63,947 nt of DNA from positions 1 through 63,947 of the forward strand of contig CAWVRN010000028.1 in NCBI GenBank assembly GCA_963932905.1, in the 5' to 3' direction. The DNA comes from an uncultured Bdellovibrio sp. GTDB taxonomy: Bacteria; Bdellovibrionota; Bdellovibrionia; Bdellovibrionales; Bdellovibrionaceae. A program made the translations under genes and the position numbers. Below, one piece after another: positions 39,988 through 49,762 of the stretch. Every line of letters starts with the position of its first letter. Positions within the stretch are counted from its first letter, which is position 1. The notes below the pieces were generated by a model that saw nothing but the letters and a program-made list of their open reading frames with translations, did no database searches and was not told the DNA's origin.

Positions 39988-40515
39988 CTATCCGTAAAGT
40001 GAGTCGTACTTAGTGTACCAGTTGTAGAGGCTAGTCGCTTTGAATGCTTTCCACGCTTTGGTTGATTTGAAGCGATCGACAACCAAAATTCTGTATTTGA
40101 TAATCATCGTGCGGAAAACAAAAAATAGGATCGGCGCTAAGATCACTGACAATACCAGCGAGCCCATGATGATCGAATTGTTGAATCGAGTGAAGGGCAT
40201 GATTGGCATGTTGTACATATCAACAAACAAATCTCTTAATGACGGATTTTCTAGAACAGATTTGCCGATCTCGTGGGACACTGGATCCACTAGGTACGCG
40301 ACAAACTTAAAAAAGAAGGCGGCTAGGAAAGCGGCACCCATTTGAATTCTGAATATGAATATCAACATCAGAACTAAGGCGGTTTGCAGTGAAAAGAAAG
40401 GAGCAAAACCTAAAATTAATCCGCAGGCTAAACCGGCAGCTAATTGGTTGTGTCCCGTATCTGAGTTCAACATTTTTAAAAAATTAAAAAGTTGCTTAAA
40501 TATCAGAGTCATCAA
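39988..40515 (-). CDS. TIGR03546-family (DUF2062-like) membrane protein
   Basis: LNSDTGHNQLAAG, GFAP, YNMP..PFTRFNNSIIMGS. Confidence 0.87.
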   Translation of the reverse strand: MMTLIFKQLFNFLKMLNSDTGHNQLAAGLACGLILGFAPFFSLQTALVLMLIFIFRIQMGAAFLAAFFFKFVAYLVDPVSHEIGKSVLENPSLRDLFVDMYNMPIMPFTRFNNSIIMGSLVLSVILAPILFFVFRTMIIKYRILVVDRFKSTKAWKAFKATSLYNWYTKYDSLYG

Positions 40516-40522
40516 TACCTCT

Positions 40523-41530
40523 TTATTTACTGTTCATTAATTCCATTTCAATAGCGTCTAGGTTATCCTTTTTCTTGCTTTTAACCAAATAAAAATAGGC
40601 ACCGATTAGACCAAAAAACAAAGATAATAATTGATACATAGTAATAACCACAGGACCTAGTTCTGTCGTTTTTCCTAAATAAAGATTGTACAAAAAGAAG
40701 AAGGCGGCTTGGCCCACGCCTACGCCCGCAGGAGAGATCGGGATAGCCGTCGCCATGAATCCAATCGGGGTCACAAGGAAATAGGTCGACCATCGAACGT
40801 CGGCACCAATTCCACTATAGTGGCCAATTAATACCATCAAAAAAATGGCTGATGTTTGGCTGAGTAAACTTAACAAGAATACCTTCACTAGCAAAGCCGT
40901 TTGTGATCCGTACAATTGACCCGACGAATAGAGCTTTAGAAGTTTTTCTTTGAACGGCATAAAGCCAATAACCGAATGAACTAAACTGCTGACCTGTGAG
41001 TTCTTTGAAAACAGGCAGAACAATCCAATATTAAAGCAGATGAAAATCAAAGCGAAGAAGTAAAATAAGTTTCTAAGTGCATCGATAGTCATCACGTGCT
41101 GAATATCGAATGCCATTGCCGTCAACGCCATCACGATGATGGTGTATAAACCCAGCAAACGATCAACAAACACAGAAGAAATCGCGATGGCTTTAGACTG
41201 AGGGTGATCTTTGTAGAAATAGAATGCTTTTACGACATCGCCGCCAACTCCGCCGGGCATGGCGAAGTTGAAGAAGATTCCGATCAACGTCAGCTTGTAA
41301 AGCTCAAGTGATTTGGGGTGTAGACTCTGGGTGGAAAGAAGCAAACGCCAGCGTTCGCTTGTCATAAATAAATTCAGGGCCATGATCGCCAAAGCAGCTA
41401 ACATGAAATCCCACGAGAAAAATATTTTCATCTGCGAAATATTGAATTTATCTTGTTGGACTAGCCAAAAAATAATCCCGAAGGCGATAAGTATTTTTAA
41501 TGCTGTACTCAGGATCTTTTTGTAATTCAT
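40523..41530 (-). CDS. Lysylphosphatidylglycerol synthase TM / flippase-like protein (UPF0104)
   Basis: RWRLLL, GIFFNFAMPGGVGGDVVK, DRLLG, PISPAGVG; multiple TMs. Confidence 0.88.
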   Translation of the reverse strand: MNYKKILSTALKILIAFGIIFWLVQQDKFNISQMKIFFSWDFMLAALAIMALNLFMTSERWRLLLSTQSLHPKSLELYKLTLIGIFFNFAMPGGVGGDVVKAFYFYKDHPQSKAIAISSVFVDRLLGLYTIIVMALTAMAFDIQHVMTIDALRNLFYFFALIFICFNIGLFCLFSKNSQVSSLVHSVIGFMPFKEKLLKLYSSGQLYGSQTALLVKVFLLSLLSQTSAIFLMVLIGHYSGIGADVRWSTYFLVTPIGFMATAIPISPAGVGVGQAAFFFLYNLYLGKTTELGPVVITMYQLLSLFFGLIGAYFYLVKSKKKDNLDAIEMELMNSK

Positions 41531-41533
41531 GAA

Positions 41534-42394
41534 CTACTCGTAGCTAGTTAAGTGAGTCGCTTGGATTGCTTTCAAATTTTTCAATAAAGCTCCAAGGTCT
41601 TTTAGTGGCAAAGACGTCGGTCCATCACATAAGGCCGCATCTGGATTGGGATGCGTTTCTAAGAAAATACCATCCACGCCGACAGCCATTGCGGCACGCG
41701 CCAGAACGGGAACCATGTGCGCACGACCGCCGCTGCTTTCGCCCGTTGCGCCTGGCAACTGAGTTGAGTGTGTGCAATCCATTACCACTGGGAAACCAAG
41801 ATCACGCATTTCTACTAAACCAGTCATGTCGTTGATTAAACGATTGTAACCGAATGTGGTTCCGCGTTCGCATAAAAGAATATTTGAGTTACCCGCGTTT
41901 ACGGCTTTTTTAGCAATCGCTTTCATATCCCAAGGTGCTAGGAACTGACCTTTCTTGATATGAATGACTTTGCCTGTTTGTGCTGCCGCTACTAGCAAGT
42001 CGGTTTGACGTGATAGGAAGGCAGGAATCTGAATGACGTCAGCCACGCGGGCCATCGGTTCGACCTGAATTGTTTCATGAACATCAGTGATCAACGGAAC
42101 ATCAAGTGCTGTTTTAATTTTTTCTAGTGATTTGAGAGCGGCATCAACGCCAGGACCACGAAAGCTAGTTGCGCTTTGGCGGTTAGCTTTGTCGTAAGAG
42201 CATTTTAGAATCCAGGGAATATTCAGTTCTTGAGTGACACGTTTGATTTCTTTGCCGACTTCAAGGACCATGCCTTCATCTTCGATGATGTCAGGGCCCG
42301 CGAACAATACGAATTGATTCTTCAAGCCCCAAGTGTAAGTACGACCGTTATATTTGAAACTGACAGGTTTAGATAAGTCTTTAAATGGCGTCAT
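41534..42394 (-). CDS. kdsA: 3-deoxy-8-phosphooctulonate (KDO8P) synthase
   Basis: KCSYDKANRQS..SFRGPG, TDVHE, QIPAFLSRQTDL, KKGQFLAP, CERG..FGY, DCTHSTQ, ETHPNP..ALCDG. Confidence 0.93.
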   Translation of the reverse strand: MTPFKDLSKPVSFKYNGRTYTWGLKNQFVLFAGPDIIEDEGMVLEVGKEIKRVTQELNIPWILKCSYDKANRQSATSFRGPGVDAALKSLEKIKTALDVPLITDVHETIQVEPMARVADVIQIPAFLSRQTDLLVAAAQTGKVIHIKKGQFLAPWDMKAIAKKAVNAGNSNILLCERGTTFGYNRLINDMTGLVEMRDLGFPVVMDCTHSTQLPGATGESSGGRAHMVPVLARAAMAVGVDGIFLETHPNPDAALCDGPTSLPLKDLGALLKNLKAIQATHLTSYE

Positions 42395-42401
42395 CCGCCA
42401 T

Positions 42402-43508
42402 TTATGACATAACTTTTATGACACTATCAATAATTTTATCTTGTGTCGCTCTGTCCATATCAGGGTACATAGGCAAACTGACCACATGATCGGCAGCTTT
42501 TTGTGAATGAGGCCATGAACCTTTTGGCGCTAAATTCTCTTTGTACCAAGGTTGATCTGGCATAATACGAGGGTAGTGAACGACCGTAGGTACGCCCAAC
42601 TCTTGCATTTTCTTTTGGAAGTCAGCGCGATTAGGAACCATGACGGTGTATTGAGCCCATACGCAATCTCTGTCAGAGGGAACAAATGGAGTCGAGAACC
42701 CCGCTACTTTGATTTGAGACAGTTTTGAGTTGAAATAATTAGCAATTTTTTGTCTTTGCTCAACTTCCCAGTCATAACGATCCATTTTTGCAAGAAGGAC
42801 CGCACACTGAATCGTGTCTAAACGACCGTTTATGCCTAAGCGAGTGTGGTAGTAGCGAGATTCAGAACCGTGTTCGCGGATCTCTTTCATTGCTTTGTAT
42901 AATTTGTCATCGTTAGTGAAAACGGCGCCGCCATCGCCATAGCAGCCCAGCGGTTTTGCTGGGTAGAAGCTGGTTCCGGCCGCGATCGATAAATTGCCTG
43001 AACGTTTGCCTTTGTATTTAGCGCCATAACTTTGTGCTAAATCTTCGATCACATGCAAGTTATGCTTTTTAGCAATAGCATTGATTTCATCCATATCAGA
43101 AACCTGTCCGTATAAAGAAACCGGCATAATAGCTTTTGTTTTTGGAGTGATCAGGGCTTCGATTTTTGTCGTATCGATATTGAAAGTTTTTGGATCGATA
43201 TCGCAAAAAACTGGTTTTGCACCCGCAAGCACGATTGTTTCCGCAGTGGCGATGAAAGAGAACGCCGTTGTTATGACTTCATCACCTTGGCCAATTCCCA
43301 AACCCATCATCGGCATTAGTAGGGCGTCAGTGCCTGAAGCACAGGCTAGCGTGTACTTAGCACCAGTGTGTTCACAAAGTCTTTTTTCAAGTTCGGCAAC
43401 TTCGGGTCCGTTGATGTAGGCTCCGCTTTCTAAAACTTTATTGATGCGCTTTTGGACATCGTCCTTAATAGCGTTGTACTGAGTTTTTAAATCAATAAAT
43501 GGAATCAT
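42402..43508 (-). CDS. DegT/DnrJ/EryC1/StrS sugar aminotransferase (WbpE-like)
   Basis: MIPFIDLKTQY start with AGGAGG RBS; SGTDAL, FSFIATAE, IEDLAQSYG, PLP-lysine motif SFYPAKPLGCYGDGG. Confidence 0.93.
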   Translation of the reverse strand: MIPFIDLKTQYNAIKDDVQKRINKVLESGAYINGPEVAELEKRLCEHTGAKYTLACASGTDALLMPMMGLGIGQGDEVITTAFSFIATAETIVLAGAKPVFCDIDPKTFNIDTTKIEALITPKTKAIMPVSLYGQVSDMDEINAIAKKHNLHVIEDLAQSYGAKYKGKRSGNLSIAAGTSFYPAKPLGCYGDGGAVFTNDDKLYKAMKEIREHGSESRYYHTRLGINGRLDTIQCAVLLAKMDRYDWEVEQRQKIANYFNSKLSQIKVAGFSTPFVPSDRDCVWAQYTVMVPNRADFQKKMQELGVPTVVHYPRIMPDQPWYKENLAPKGSWPHSQKAADHVVSLPMYPDMDRATQDKIIDSVIKVMS

Positions 43509-43528
43509 AATTTTCCTCCTGATTATAG

Positions 43529-43647
43529 AGAGCATTTTAAAATCGCTAACTCTTCGTTCTCCGCGTTCGGTCTCCCTGCGACGTGGTTGTGCCACGCCTC
43601 AGTCGCCTCACTTGTGCGGCCTCGACTTAGCGCTTTTAAAACGCTCT
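43529..43647. mobile_element. MITE-like palindromic element (~120 bp) with 21-bp imperfect terminal inverted repeats
   Basis: AGAGCATTTTAAAATCGCTAA (43529-43549) and TTAGCGCTTTTAAAACGCTCT (43627-43647) match at 19/21; GC-rich core with an inner CGTGG-N5-CCACG hairpin. Confidence 0.6.
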
Positions 43648-43789
43648 TTCTTATTAGATGTTATCTTAATTTGAAAAAAGAAAATCCCCAAACTTCTTTT
43701 TAGGAATTTGGAAATTGGCACCGTCGGTCTAAGAGTGTTTCTAAAAGGGAACGTTGTTTTTTGTTCACAAGCCTTGTACTCTGTCCAGG

Positions 43790-45049
43790 ATGAAATCATT
43801 TGTAATGACACTTTTCACTGGGCTTCTTATAGGCCTAAAGGGCTGGAGTGCATACTCCAACTATAATTCAATTCTTCTAGGCGACCAAGCGGCTGGCTTG
43901 GGTGGCGCGGCTACGGCTCTTGTCGGGGATACATCTTCGTCGGCTTTCTATAATCCCGCGACTCTAGCTAGACTCAACGGGGCTTCGTTTTCGGCAGCGG
44001 TCGGTATTTATAAAAAATTTGATACTAAATATGGTGCTGAAGATGATTTCACAAAGGCATCCTTGCGTGTGAATCAAGGTTTCTTTAGGTCCTTGCCTGC
44101 GTCAACGGGTAACGTAATTCGCTTGGGTGAGTATGTTGTTGGTCTATCGATCTTGGTTCCCGATTATGATTCCTACAAAGGGGACCTGTATAAAAAAGAC
44201 AACAACGTAAGTAATTTAACTTTTGTCGACGAGTCGCTTTGGGTGGGGCCTAGCCTGTCGCGTGAAATTTCTGAGACCGACTCGATTGGTATTACCGCCT
44301 ACTATACAGCGCGAAACTTTACACAATCAAATACGGATTTAGTTTACGAATCGACCACAAAAGCGACGCTGTATACAAAAGAAAAAACGATCACTGAAAA
44401 TGCGTTGGTTTTTGTACTCGGTTATTTTAAACAGATTAACGAGCAGTGGGGCATCGGCGTTTCGCTGCGACCCAAAGCAATGCGCGTGGCTGGTGTAGCG
44501 ACATTGTTTGAATCCAATACGCAAATCGATACGACGACAAATTTATTGTCAGTGCAAAATCGCAATGATCCAGATAAGGCCACACGCGTAGTGATTCCTG
44601 GAAAAATATCTTTAGGGGCGACGTTCAGACCAGACAATGCATCCTTATTTTCCTGGGATGTATCGTTGCATGAAGGGATTAGCTATATTGACCTTGAGGA
44701 TGAAAACCTGGGGCGGCAGATTAATCATCGATCGATTGTAAATGTGTCGATGGGGTATGAGCGTGCGTTAGTAGAATGGCTAAAATTACGGATGGGCTTT
44801 TTTACGAATTTTTCGTCACACAAAGAGCCTGATTTTGATTTGGCACAACAGCAAGAAGATAAAGTCGATATGATGGGTTTTAGCGCTAACGTAGTGTTTA
44901 TTGCAGGAAAACGAATCGGTTATACGTTCGGTGGTTATTACACTGGTGGAACTGGGCGATCAAGTCAGTACATTCAGAAAAAATATGATGTGGTAGCCAA
45001 AACCCAACATGTTTTTACAATGCTGGTTGGAACCGCATTTTATTATTAA
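43790..45049 (+). CDS. Outer-membrane beta-barrel, OmpP1/FadL-like
   Basis: GDQAAGLGGAATA..GDTSSSAFYNPATL N-terminal hatch motif; amphipathic strands; aromatic C-terminus (AFYY). Confidence 0.8.
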   Translation: MKSFVMTLFTGLLIGLKGWSAYSNYNSILLGDQAAGLGGAATALVGDTSSSAFYNPATLARLNGASFSAAVGIYKKFDTKYGAEDDFTKASLRVNQGFFRSLPASTGNVIRLGEYVVGLSILVPDYDSYKGDLYKKDNNVSNLTFVDESLWVGPSLSREISETDSIGITAYYTARNFTQSNTDLVYESTTKATLYTKEKTITENALVFVLGYFKQINEQWGIGVSLRPKAMRVAGVATLFESNTQIDTTTNLLSVQNRNDPDKATRVVIPGKISLGATFRPDNASLFSWDVSLHEGISYIDLEDENLGRQINHRSIVNVSMGYERALVEWLKLRMGFFTNFSSHKEPDFDLAQQQEDKVDMMGFSANVVFIAGKRIGYTFGGYYTGGTGRSSQYIQKKYDVVAKTQHVFTMLVGTAFYY

Positions 45050-45065
45050 TATAGGTAGGAAAAAT

Positions 45066-45344
45066 ATGAGTGAAAAAAATGTAGTTATTATTGATGTTAG
45101 AACTGTTGCCGAATATCAAGCCGGTCATGCTCAAAATTCACTGAATATCGATTTTTATTCCCCCACATTTGCGGATGAAATTAAAAAATTAGATACAAAT
45201 AAAAGTTATCAATTGTATTGCCGATCTGGAAACCGCAGTGGGCAAGCCGAAGGCTTGATGAAGCAAATGGGATTCAAGGACGTGGTTAACGTGGGTGGAT
45301 TAACTGAGGCGACTCAGAAGTACACGTTCGAGGGCGCTGACTAG
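45066..45344 (+). CDS. Rhodanese-like domain protein (PspE/GlpE type)
   Basis: IIDVRTVAEYQAGH, active loop YCRSGNRS; AGGA RBS. Confidence 0.92.
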   Translation: MSEKNVVIIDVRTVAEYQAGHAQNSLNIDFYSPTFADEIKKLDTNKSYQLYCRSGNRSGQAEGLMKQMGFKDVVNVGGLTEATQKYTFEGAD

Positions 45345-45532
45345 TAGGCTTTGTTGACACTGAAGTTTCGAATTTTATCGCCACTAGTTTCGTAGGTAAG
45401 CTGAATAGGATTGCAGCAGACTTCACAATCTTCTACATAAACCTGAGGGCCTCCTTCTTCAGAAGGCTCCAGGATCATAGAAATCCGTTCAAAACAATAC
45501 GGACATGTGAAGAATTTTTCTGTCGCTTCCAT
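45341..45532 (-). CDS. CPXCG-motif cysteine-rich protein
   Basis: TCPYCFE and YVEDCEVCCNPI; 1 nt downstream of pepN. Confidence 0.85.
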   Translation of the reverse strand: MEATEKFFTCPYCFERISMILEPSEEGGPQVYVEDCEVCCNPIQLTYETSGDKIRNFSVNKAY

Positions 45533-45533
45533 A

Positions 45534-48179
45534 TTATCTTGCTTGGATGCGGGCGCAGATTTTATTTTCCGCGTTTTGGATTACTAATACTTTTTTAGTT
45601 ACAACATTCCAGTCTTGGCTGTTGATATAGTTGTCTAACTCTTGAACTGTACCGTTGTCACAACCTGACGGTGCTAAAGTTGCGTAGGTGCGATTGTAAG
45701 AAACATCTTCGTTGCGTTTATTCAAGGTCGCCATTGTTTTATAGAATTGTTCTTTGTACTGGCCACGCAATTGGTTTTGTTGAGGCGTTTCTGGGAACAA
45801 CGAGTTCAACACGCTTTGTTTGCGCGCTAAGCTCCAGTTTGTGTCTGGACGATTCATTTCTTCTAATAGTTTTGTTTTCTCGGTCAGTGACGGTTTCGCG
45901 GCTTGAGCCGCCAAGAGTGATTTGAAACCGTTTTCTGTTGTATCTTTCACTTTTTCGGCAGCCAGCATTTCATCAATTTTTGAGTATCCCATTGTTGCTA
46001 GACGCTGAAGCATGACCCATCTCATGTCTTGGTCAATATCAAGCGGTTTCATATTTAATTTGCCATTTAATATGTCGGCTAATTTTGTTTGAGAGGCTTC
46101 AGTTTCAATTCGGCGAGCCCAATTGGTGAAAAGAGTTTTCTTCCACAATGGATCTTTGGCGTCAGCAATTTGTTTCCAAAAGCCTTTCTCCAACTGTTCG
46201 ATAACCGTGTTGCGAACAGTGGTTTCCACCGCAGTTCTGTGCGGCAAGTAAGATGCGATATCTGCCCAGTACGGGAAAAACTGCTGAACTAGAACCGGAT
46301 GTGTTTCTTTTTCATATTGGGCGAAAAACAACTTAACGAAATCGTCGATTTTGATTTTGCCATCACGTAGGTTTAAATAGGCTTGATTCCAAAATACGTG
46401 GCGAGCTTGTGCACTAGATACTTTGTGCAAGTTCTGTTGAGCCCAGTGAATATGGCCAGGATTTAAAGCCAATTTAATGTAATCCATGTCCGTTGCATTT
46501 GGTAAAACAAGTTCGGGACAAGGAATGGATTGTGTGATTTCACGAGTTTCATTGTCGCCGTTGGTTTTCCAGTCGTCCAGGGTCCACGCTTTCAGGCCTT
46601 CTCCTGAAGCTGTGTAGACAGTCAAAGGAACACGATGAGGACGAGGGCGTTCACCTGCAACAGGCGAGGTAAGCTCAAACTTGATACGAGTTAATTTGTT
46701 TTGTGCGCACTCGGGAGTTGCTTTCAACGTATCCAAGCCGGCATTACGAAGCCATGCTATACTCCATGCCCGAAGATCTGTGTTGGATGCTTTTTCTAGC
46801 GAACCAATGAATTGTTGTAGCGTCGTATTGGTGTAAGCGTATTGTTTGAAATAAAATTGCACACCTTTTCTGAATTTGTCTTCACCTAAGTAGTAAGACA
46901 ACTGTCGCATACTCGATGCGCCCTTGCTGTATGTGATCGCATCAAAATGGTTGAAAGTAGCGTTGATGTCAGGAACTTCCGTGCTGATGGGATGAGTCGT
47001 TGGATATTGATCTTCGATGTAGGCACTCATTTTTCCGCGGCGTTGGAATGACATCCATGAATCTTTGTGCTCTGTTGCTTTAGCGACAGCGTTGAAACCC
47101 ATGAACGTCGCAAAGCTTTCATTTAACCACAATTCATCCCACCATTTGTTCGTGACCAGATCGCCGAACCACATGTGGGCCATTTCATGAAGCATGACAT
47201 TGGCTAGGCCTTCTTTTTCATCTTGGCTGGCAGGTCCACGCTGGATATAGCGTTCGTTGTAATTTACGGCCGCCACATTTTCCATACCGCCGGAACTAAA
47301 TTCAGGGACAACGAGTTGGTCATATTTTTTAAACGGATACGCATAGTCGAATTCTTTTTCAAAAAAAGCGAAGCCACTTTTTGTGATTCGGAACCAGTAT
47401 TTGTGATCTACATATTTTTTTAACGATGCTCGAACAAAAAGGCGCAGGGGAACATTTTTGTATTTATCTTGCCATACTTCATATTGGCCTGCGTGAAGGG
47501 AAAATAGGTATGTGCTCATGATCGGCGAGGCAGGAAAGGTCCATTGAGTTTTGTTGTCTTTGTTTATTTGTTGAGTTGGCAACGTTGTAAAAACAACTTT
47601 CCAATCTTTGGGTGCCACAACCTGCGCGGTGAACGTGGCTTTTAAGTCGGGTTGATCAAAGCAAGGGAATACTTGGTTCGCATCGAACGGTTCCAGTTTT
47701 GTCCAAACGTAAACTTTTTTATCTTCAGAGTCTTGAAAACGGTAGATGCCGCGGCCATTTTTTGAATACGTTTGCTTGAAGTTAATCACAACCGCATTTT
47801 CGCCCGCGCGAACATCGTCTTTGGCTAGCTGAACTCGGTAGTTTTCATAAACCGCCGGTTTTGTATTTCCATTGATGGTAAAGGATTGAATTTCGCCACC
47901 TTTGAAATCTAGGAACGTGGCTGTCTGTGAAGCCAAAGTAAATTTAATTTCTACAGATGCCGTGTAATCAGTGGCATCGCTTTCTAAATTAAAAGCTAAG
48001 TTGTAACTTGTTTTTGAAATTAGCTGCGAGCGAGTGATAGCTTCACCGCGAGTGAGATTTGATACGGGTGCAATTTTATTTTCCGAAACGTCTTTTGTTC
48101 CTGACGTTGAACATTGGACTAGAACCAGTCCTAAGATAAAAAATAACGGAAATAAAAAATATGACTTAGAACGCATCAA
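45534..48179 (-). CDS. pepN: Aminopeptidase N (M1), probable lipoprotein
   Basis: NLTRGEA..RS, FPCFDQPDLKA, GGMEN, HEMAHMWFGDLVT..WWDELWLNESFA, FDAITYSKG; LVQC lipobox-like. Confidence 0.94.
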   Translation of the reverse strand: MMRSKSYFLFPLFFILGLVLVQCSTSGTKDVSENKIAPVSNLTRGEAITRSQLISKTSYNLAFNLESDATDYTASVEIKFTLASQTATFLDFKGGEIQSFTINGNTKPAVYENYRVQLAKDDVRAGENAVVINFKQTYSKNGRGIYRFQDSEDKKVYVWTKLEPFDANQVFPCFDQPDLKATFTAQVVAPKDWKVVFTTLPTQQINKDNKTQWTFPASPIMSTYLFSLHAGQYEVWQDKYKNVPLRLFVRASLKKYVDHKYWFRITKSGFAFFEKEFDYAYPFKKYDQLVVPEFSSGGMENVAAVNYNERYIQRGPASQDEKEGLANVMLHEMAHMWFGDLVTNKWWDELWLNESFATFMGFNAVAKATEHKDSWMSFQRRGKMSAYIEDQYPTTHPISTEVPDINATFNHFDAITYSKGASSMRQLSYYLGEDKFRKGVQFYFKQYAYTNTTLQQFIGSLEKASNTDLRAWSIAWLRNAGLDTLKATPECAQNKLTRIKFELTSPVAGERPRPHRVPLTVYTASGEGLKAWTLDDWKTNGDNETREITQSIPCPELVLPNATDMDYIKLALNPGHIHWAQQNLHKVSSAQARHVFWNQAYLNLRDGKIKIDDFVKLFFAQYEKETHPVLVQQFFPYWADIASYLPHRTAVETTVRNTVIEQLEKGFWKQIADAKDPLWKKTLFTNWARRIETEASQTKLADILNGKLNMKPLDIDQDMRWVMLQRLATMGYSKIDEMLAAEKVKDTTENGFKSLLAAQAAKPSLTEKTKLLEEMNRPDTNWSLARKQSVLNSLFPETPQQNQLRGQYKEQFYKTMATLNKRNEDVSYNRTYATLAPSGCDNGTVQELDNYINSQDWNVVTKKVLVIQNAENKICARIQAR

Positions 48180-48254
48180 TCCCCCTGTCTACATGAATGT
48201 CTAAAACAGGGGCATTTTATGCACTAGAAACTACCCTAGGCAAGATTTAAAACT

Positions 48255-48620
48255 TTATTTAGTTACGCAAGAAAATAAATGAGATTGCGATGGAGAACCC
48301 GGTGAGCCCAATTCAAAAACCTCCAAAGTAAACGACGGCAGACTCAGTGCCTCTTTGCCTACTTCAAAGTCAAAAGCAGATGCCGTTGTTAGGTTTACGA
48401 ATTCAACAAGAACAGAGTCACTCGTTTCTGCCACACTTGTAAGCAAAGCATCGTTAGGAACAGTTTTATCAGCTAAAGAAATAGCTTCAATAGAAAACGG
48501 GGCTGACTTAACGCCGCTTAGTTGAAGAGTCAATTGAGTGCTAGATTGGCAAACGATGTCAGCTGCTTGTGCTGAGTTGGCTGCGATCATAAAAAATACG
48601 ATGCTGAATAGGTGTTTCAT
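48255..48620 (-). CDS. Small secreted hypothetical protein
   Basis: GGAG RBS; signal peptide ending SAQA; Cys near both ends of the mature chain. Confidence 0.7.
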   Translation of the reverse strand: MKHLFSIVFFMIAANSAQAADIVCQSSTQLTLQLSGVKSAPFSIEAISLADKTVPNDALLTSVAETSDSVLVEFVNLTTASAFDFEVGKEALSLPSFTLEVFELGSPGSPSQSHLFSCVTK

Positions 48621-48733
48621 AAAGCTCCCGAACGTGAAGTTGTTAAGAATATTTATAAGGCAGGGAGGCTTAGATTTCTACAGATTTGAAAAACCAGGTA
48701 ATGACTACCTGGTTGTCGATATTTTGGACAGTT

Positions 48734-49693
48734 TTATTTTAGGCAGTTTAAACGAAGGAGTGGAGTTAAGCCCTGGCCTTTTCCCGTTTCAGACGAGATA
48801 ACTAGGTCTGAACTGTTCGGCACGTAGGCAATACCTTCCTGTTGATTGCCGGCGCGGACTGGGGTGAATACATAATCTAAGCCTGATTTAAACGATGTTT
48901 TTGATGGCGTCAGTAGGCTTTGCGCTGTGAATTCAAAAAATCCGTCGTAAGTTAAAACCGCAATAGATTGCGATTTTTCGTTGTAAGCAGCGCCCGTGAT
49001 TTCAGAATTGAAAGGAATCAATGATGGCGGCATCAACTTTTTCAAATCGATTTTGGTAACGCGTTTGAATTTGGGATGTGGTTTAGATGGCAAGTCTTTA
49101 CCATTCGAAGGCAGAATGATTTGACCAGCGGCTAGCGAAAAAATTTGCGCCGTCGTTCCGTTCTTTTCTTTCGTTAGAATATTTAAATTACCTTTCTCGT
49201 CTAAGAAAAAACCTTCGGCATTGTGAGCGTGATCTGGGTAGGACACGGATAAAACTAGGTCTGGGGATAAATCCAACCCCTGCGCCGCCAAATCATCTAG
49301 ATAATGATCACTTAGTCGAGATTCTTTGAAAAAATAGAATTGAATAGAGGGGCGGAATCTCCAGTTATCGCCCACATCACCAATAACAAGGCAACTTTTT
49401 TCACCTAGGCATGGGCCAACCGCGATATCTTCTGTATCAATGAAAAAAACAAGGCTGATGGGAATGCGCCTAGAGTTGTGTCCGCTACTATCAGTAATAA
49501 AAAACTCCGGAGATGATCCAGAATCATTAATGTGGTAAAGTCTATCGGCATAGCGTTTCGAGTAGGTTAACCCACTTGATTCTGTTAGTTGAGGCTCATG
49601 AACTTGCGCCGACGTTTGTTGATCACGTTGTAAACAGACGTGTGCATTCGCCAAGCCAACTACCAATACAGAAGTTAAAATTATGTTTTTCAT
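48734..49693 (-). CDS. Secreted beta-propeller-like hypothetical protein
   Basis: Signal peptide; acidic motifs ESSGL, HINDSG, DTEDIA, GDVGDN, YPD.AHNAE, QQEGIA. Confidence 0.72.
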   Translation of the reverse strand: MKNIILTSVLVVGLANAHVCLQRDQQTSAQVHEPQLTESSGLTYSKRYADRLYHINDSGSSPEFFITDSSGHNSRRIPISLVFFIDTEDIAVGPCLGEKSCLVIGDVGDNWRFRPSIQFYFFKESRLSDHYLDDLAAQGLDLSPDLVLSVSYPDHAHNAEGFFLDEKGNLNILTKEKNGTTAQIFSLAAGQIILPSNGKDLPSKPHPKFKRVTKIDLKKLMPPSLIPFNSEITGAAYNEKSQSIAVLTYDGFFEFTAQSLLTPSKTSFKSGLDYVFTPVRAGNQQEGIAYVPNSSDLVISSETGKGQGLTPLLRLNCLK

Positions 49694-49762
49694 ATTTAAA
49701 GGATAGGCCGATACAAAAAGTCCTGTCGAGATCTATTTGGCGGAAATCTTTAGAACTGGGTG

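Noticed and set aside
43509..43595. N-terminal extension of the aminotransferase (MAQPRRRE...)
   Set aside because: It is read through the palindromic element; the real start is ATG 43508 with an AGGAGG RBS and the family-typical MIPFIDL.
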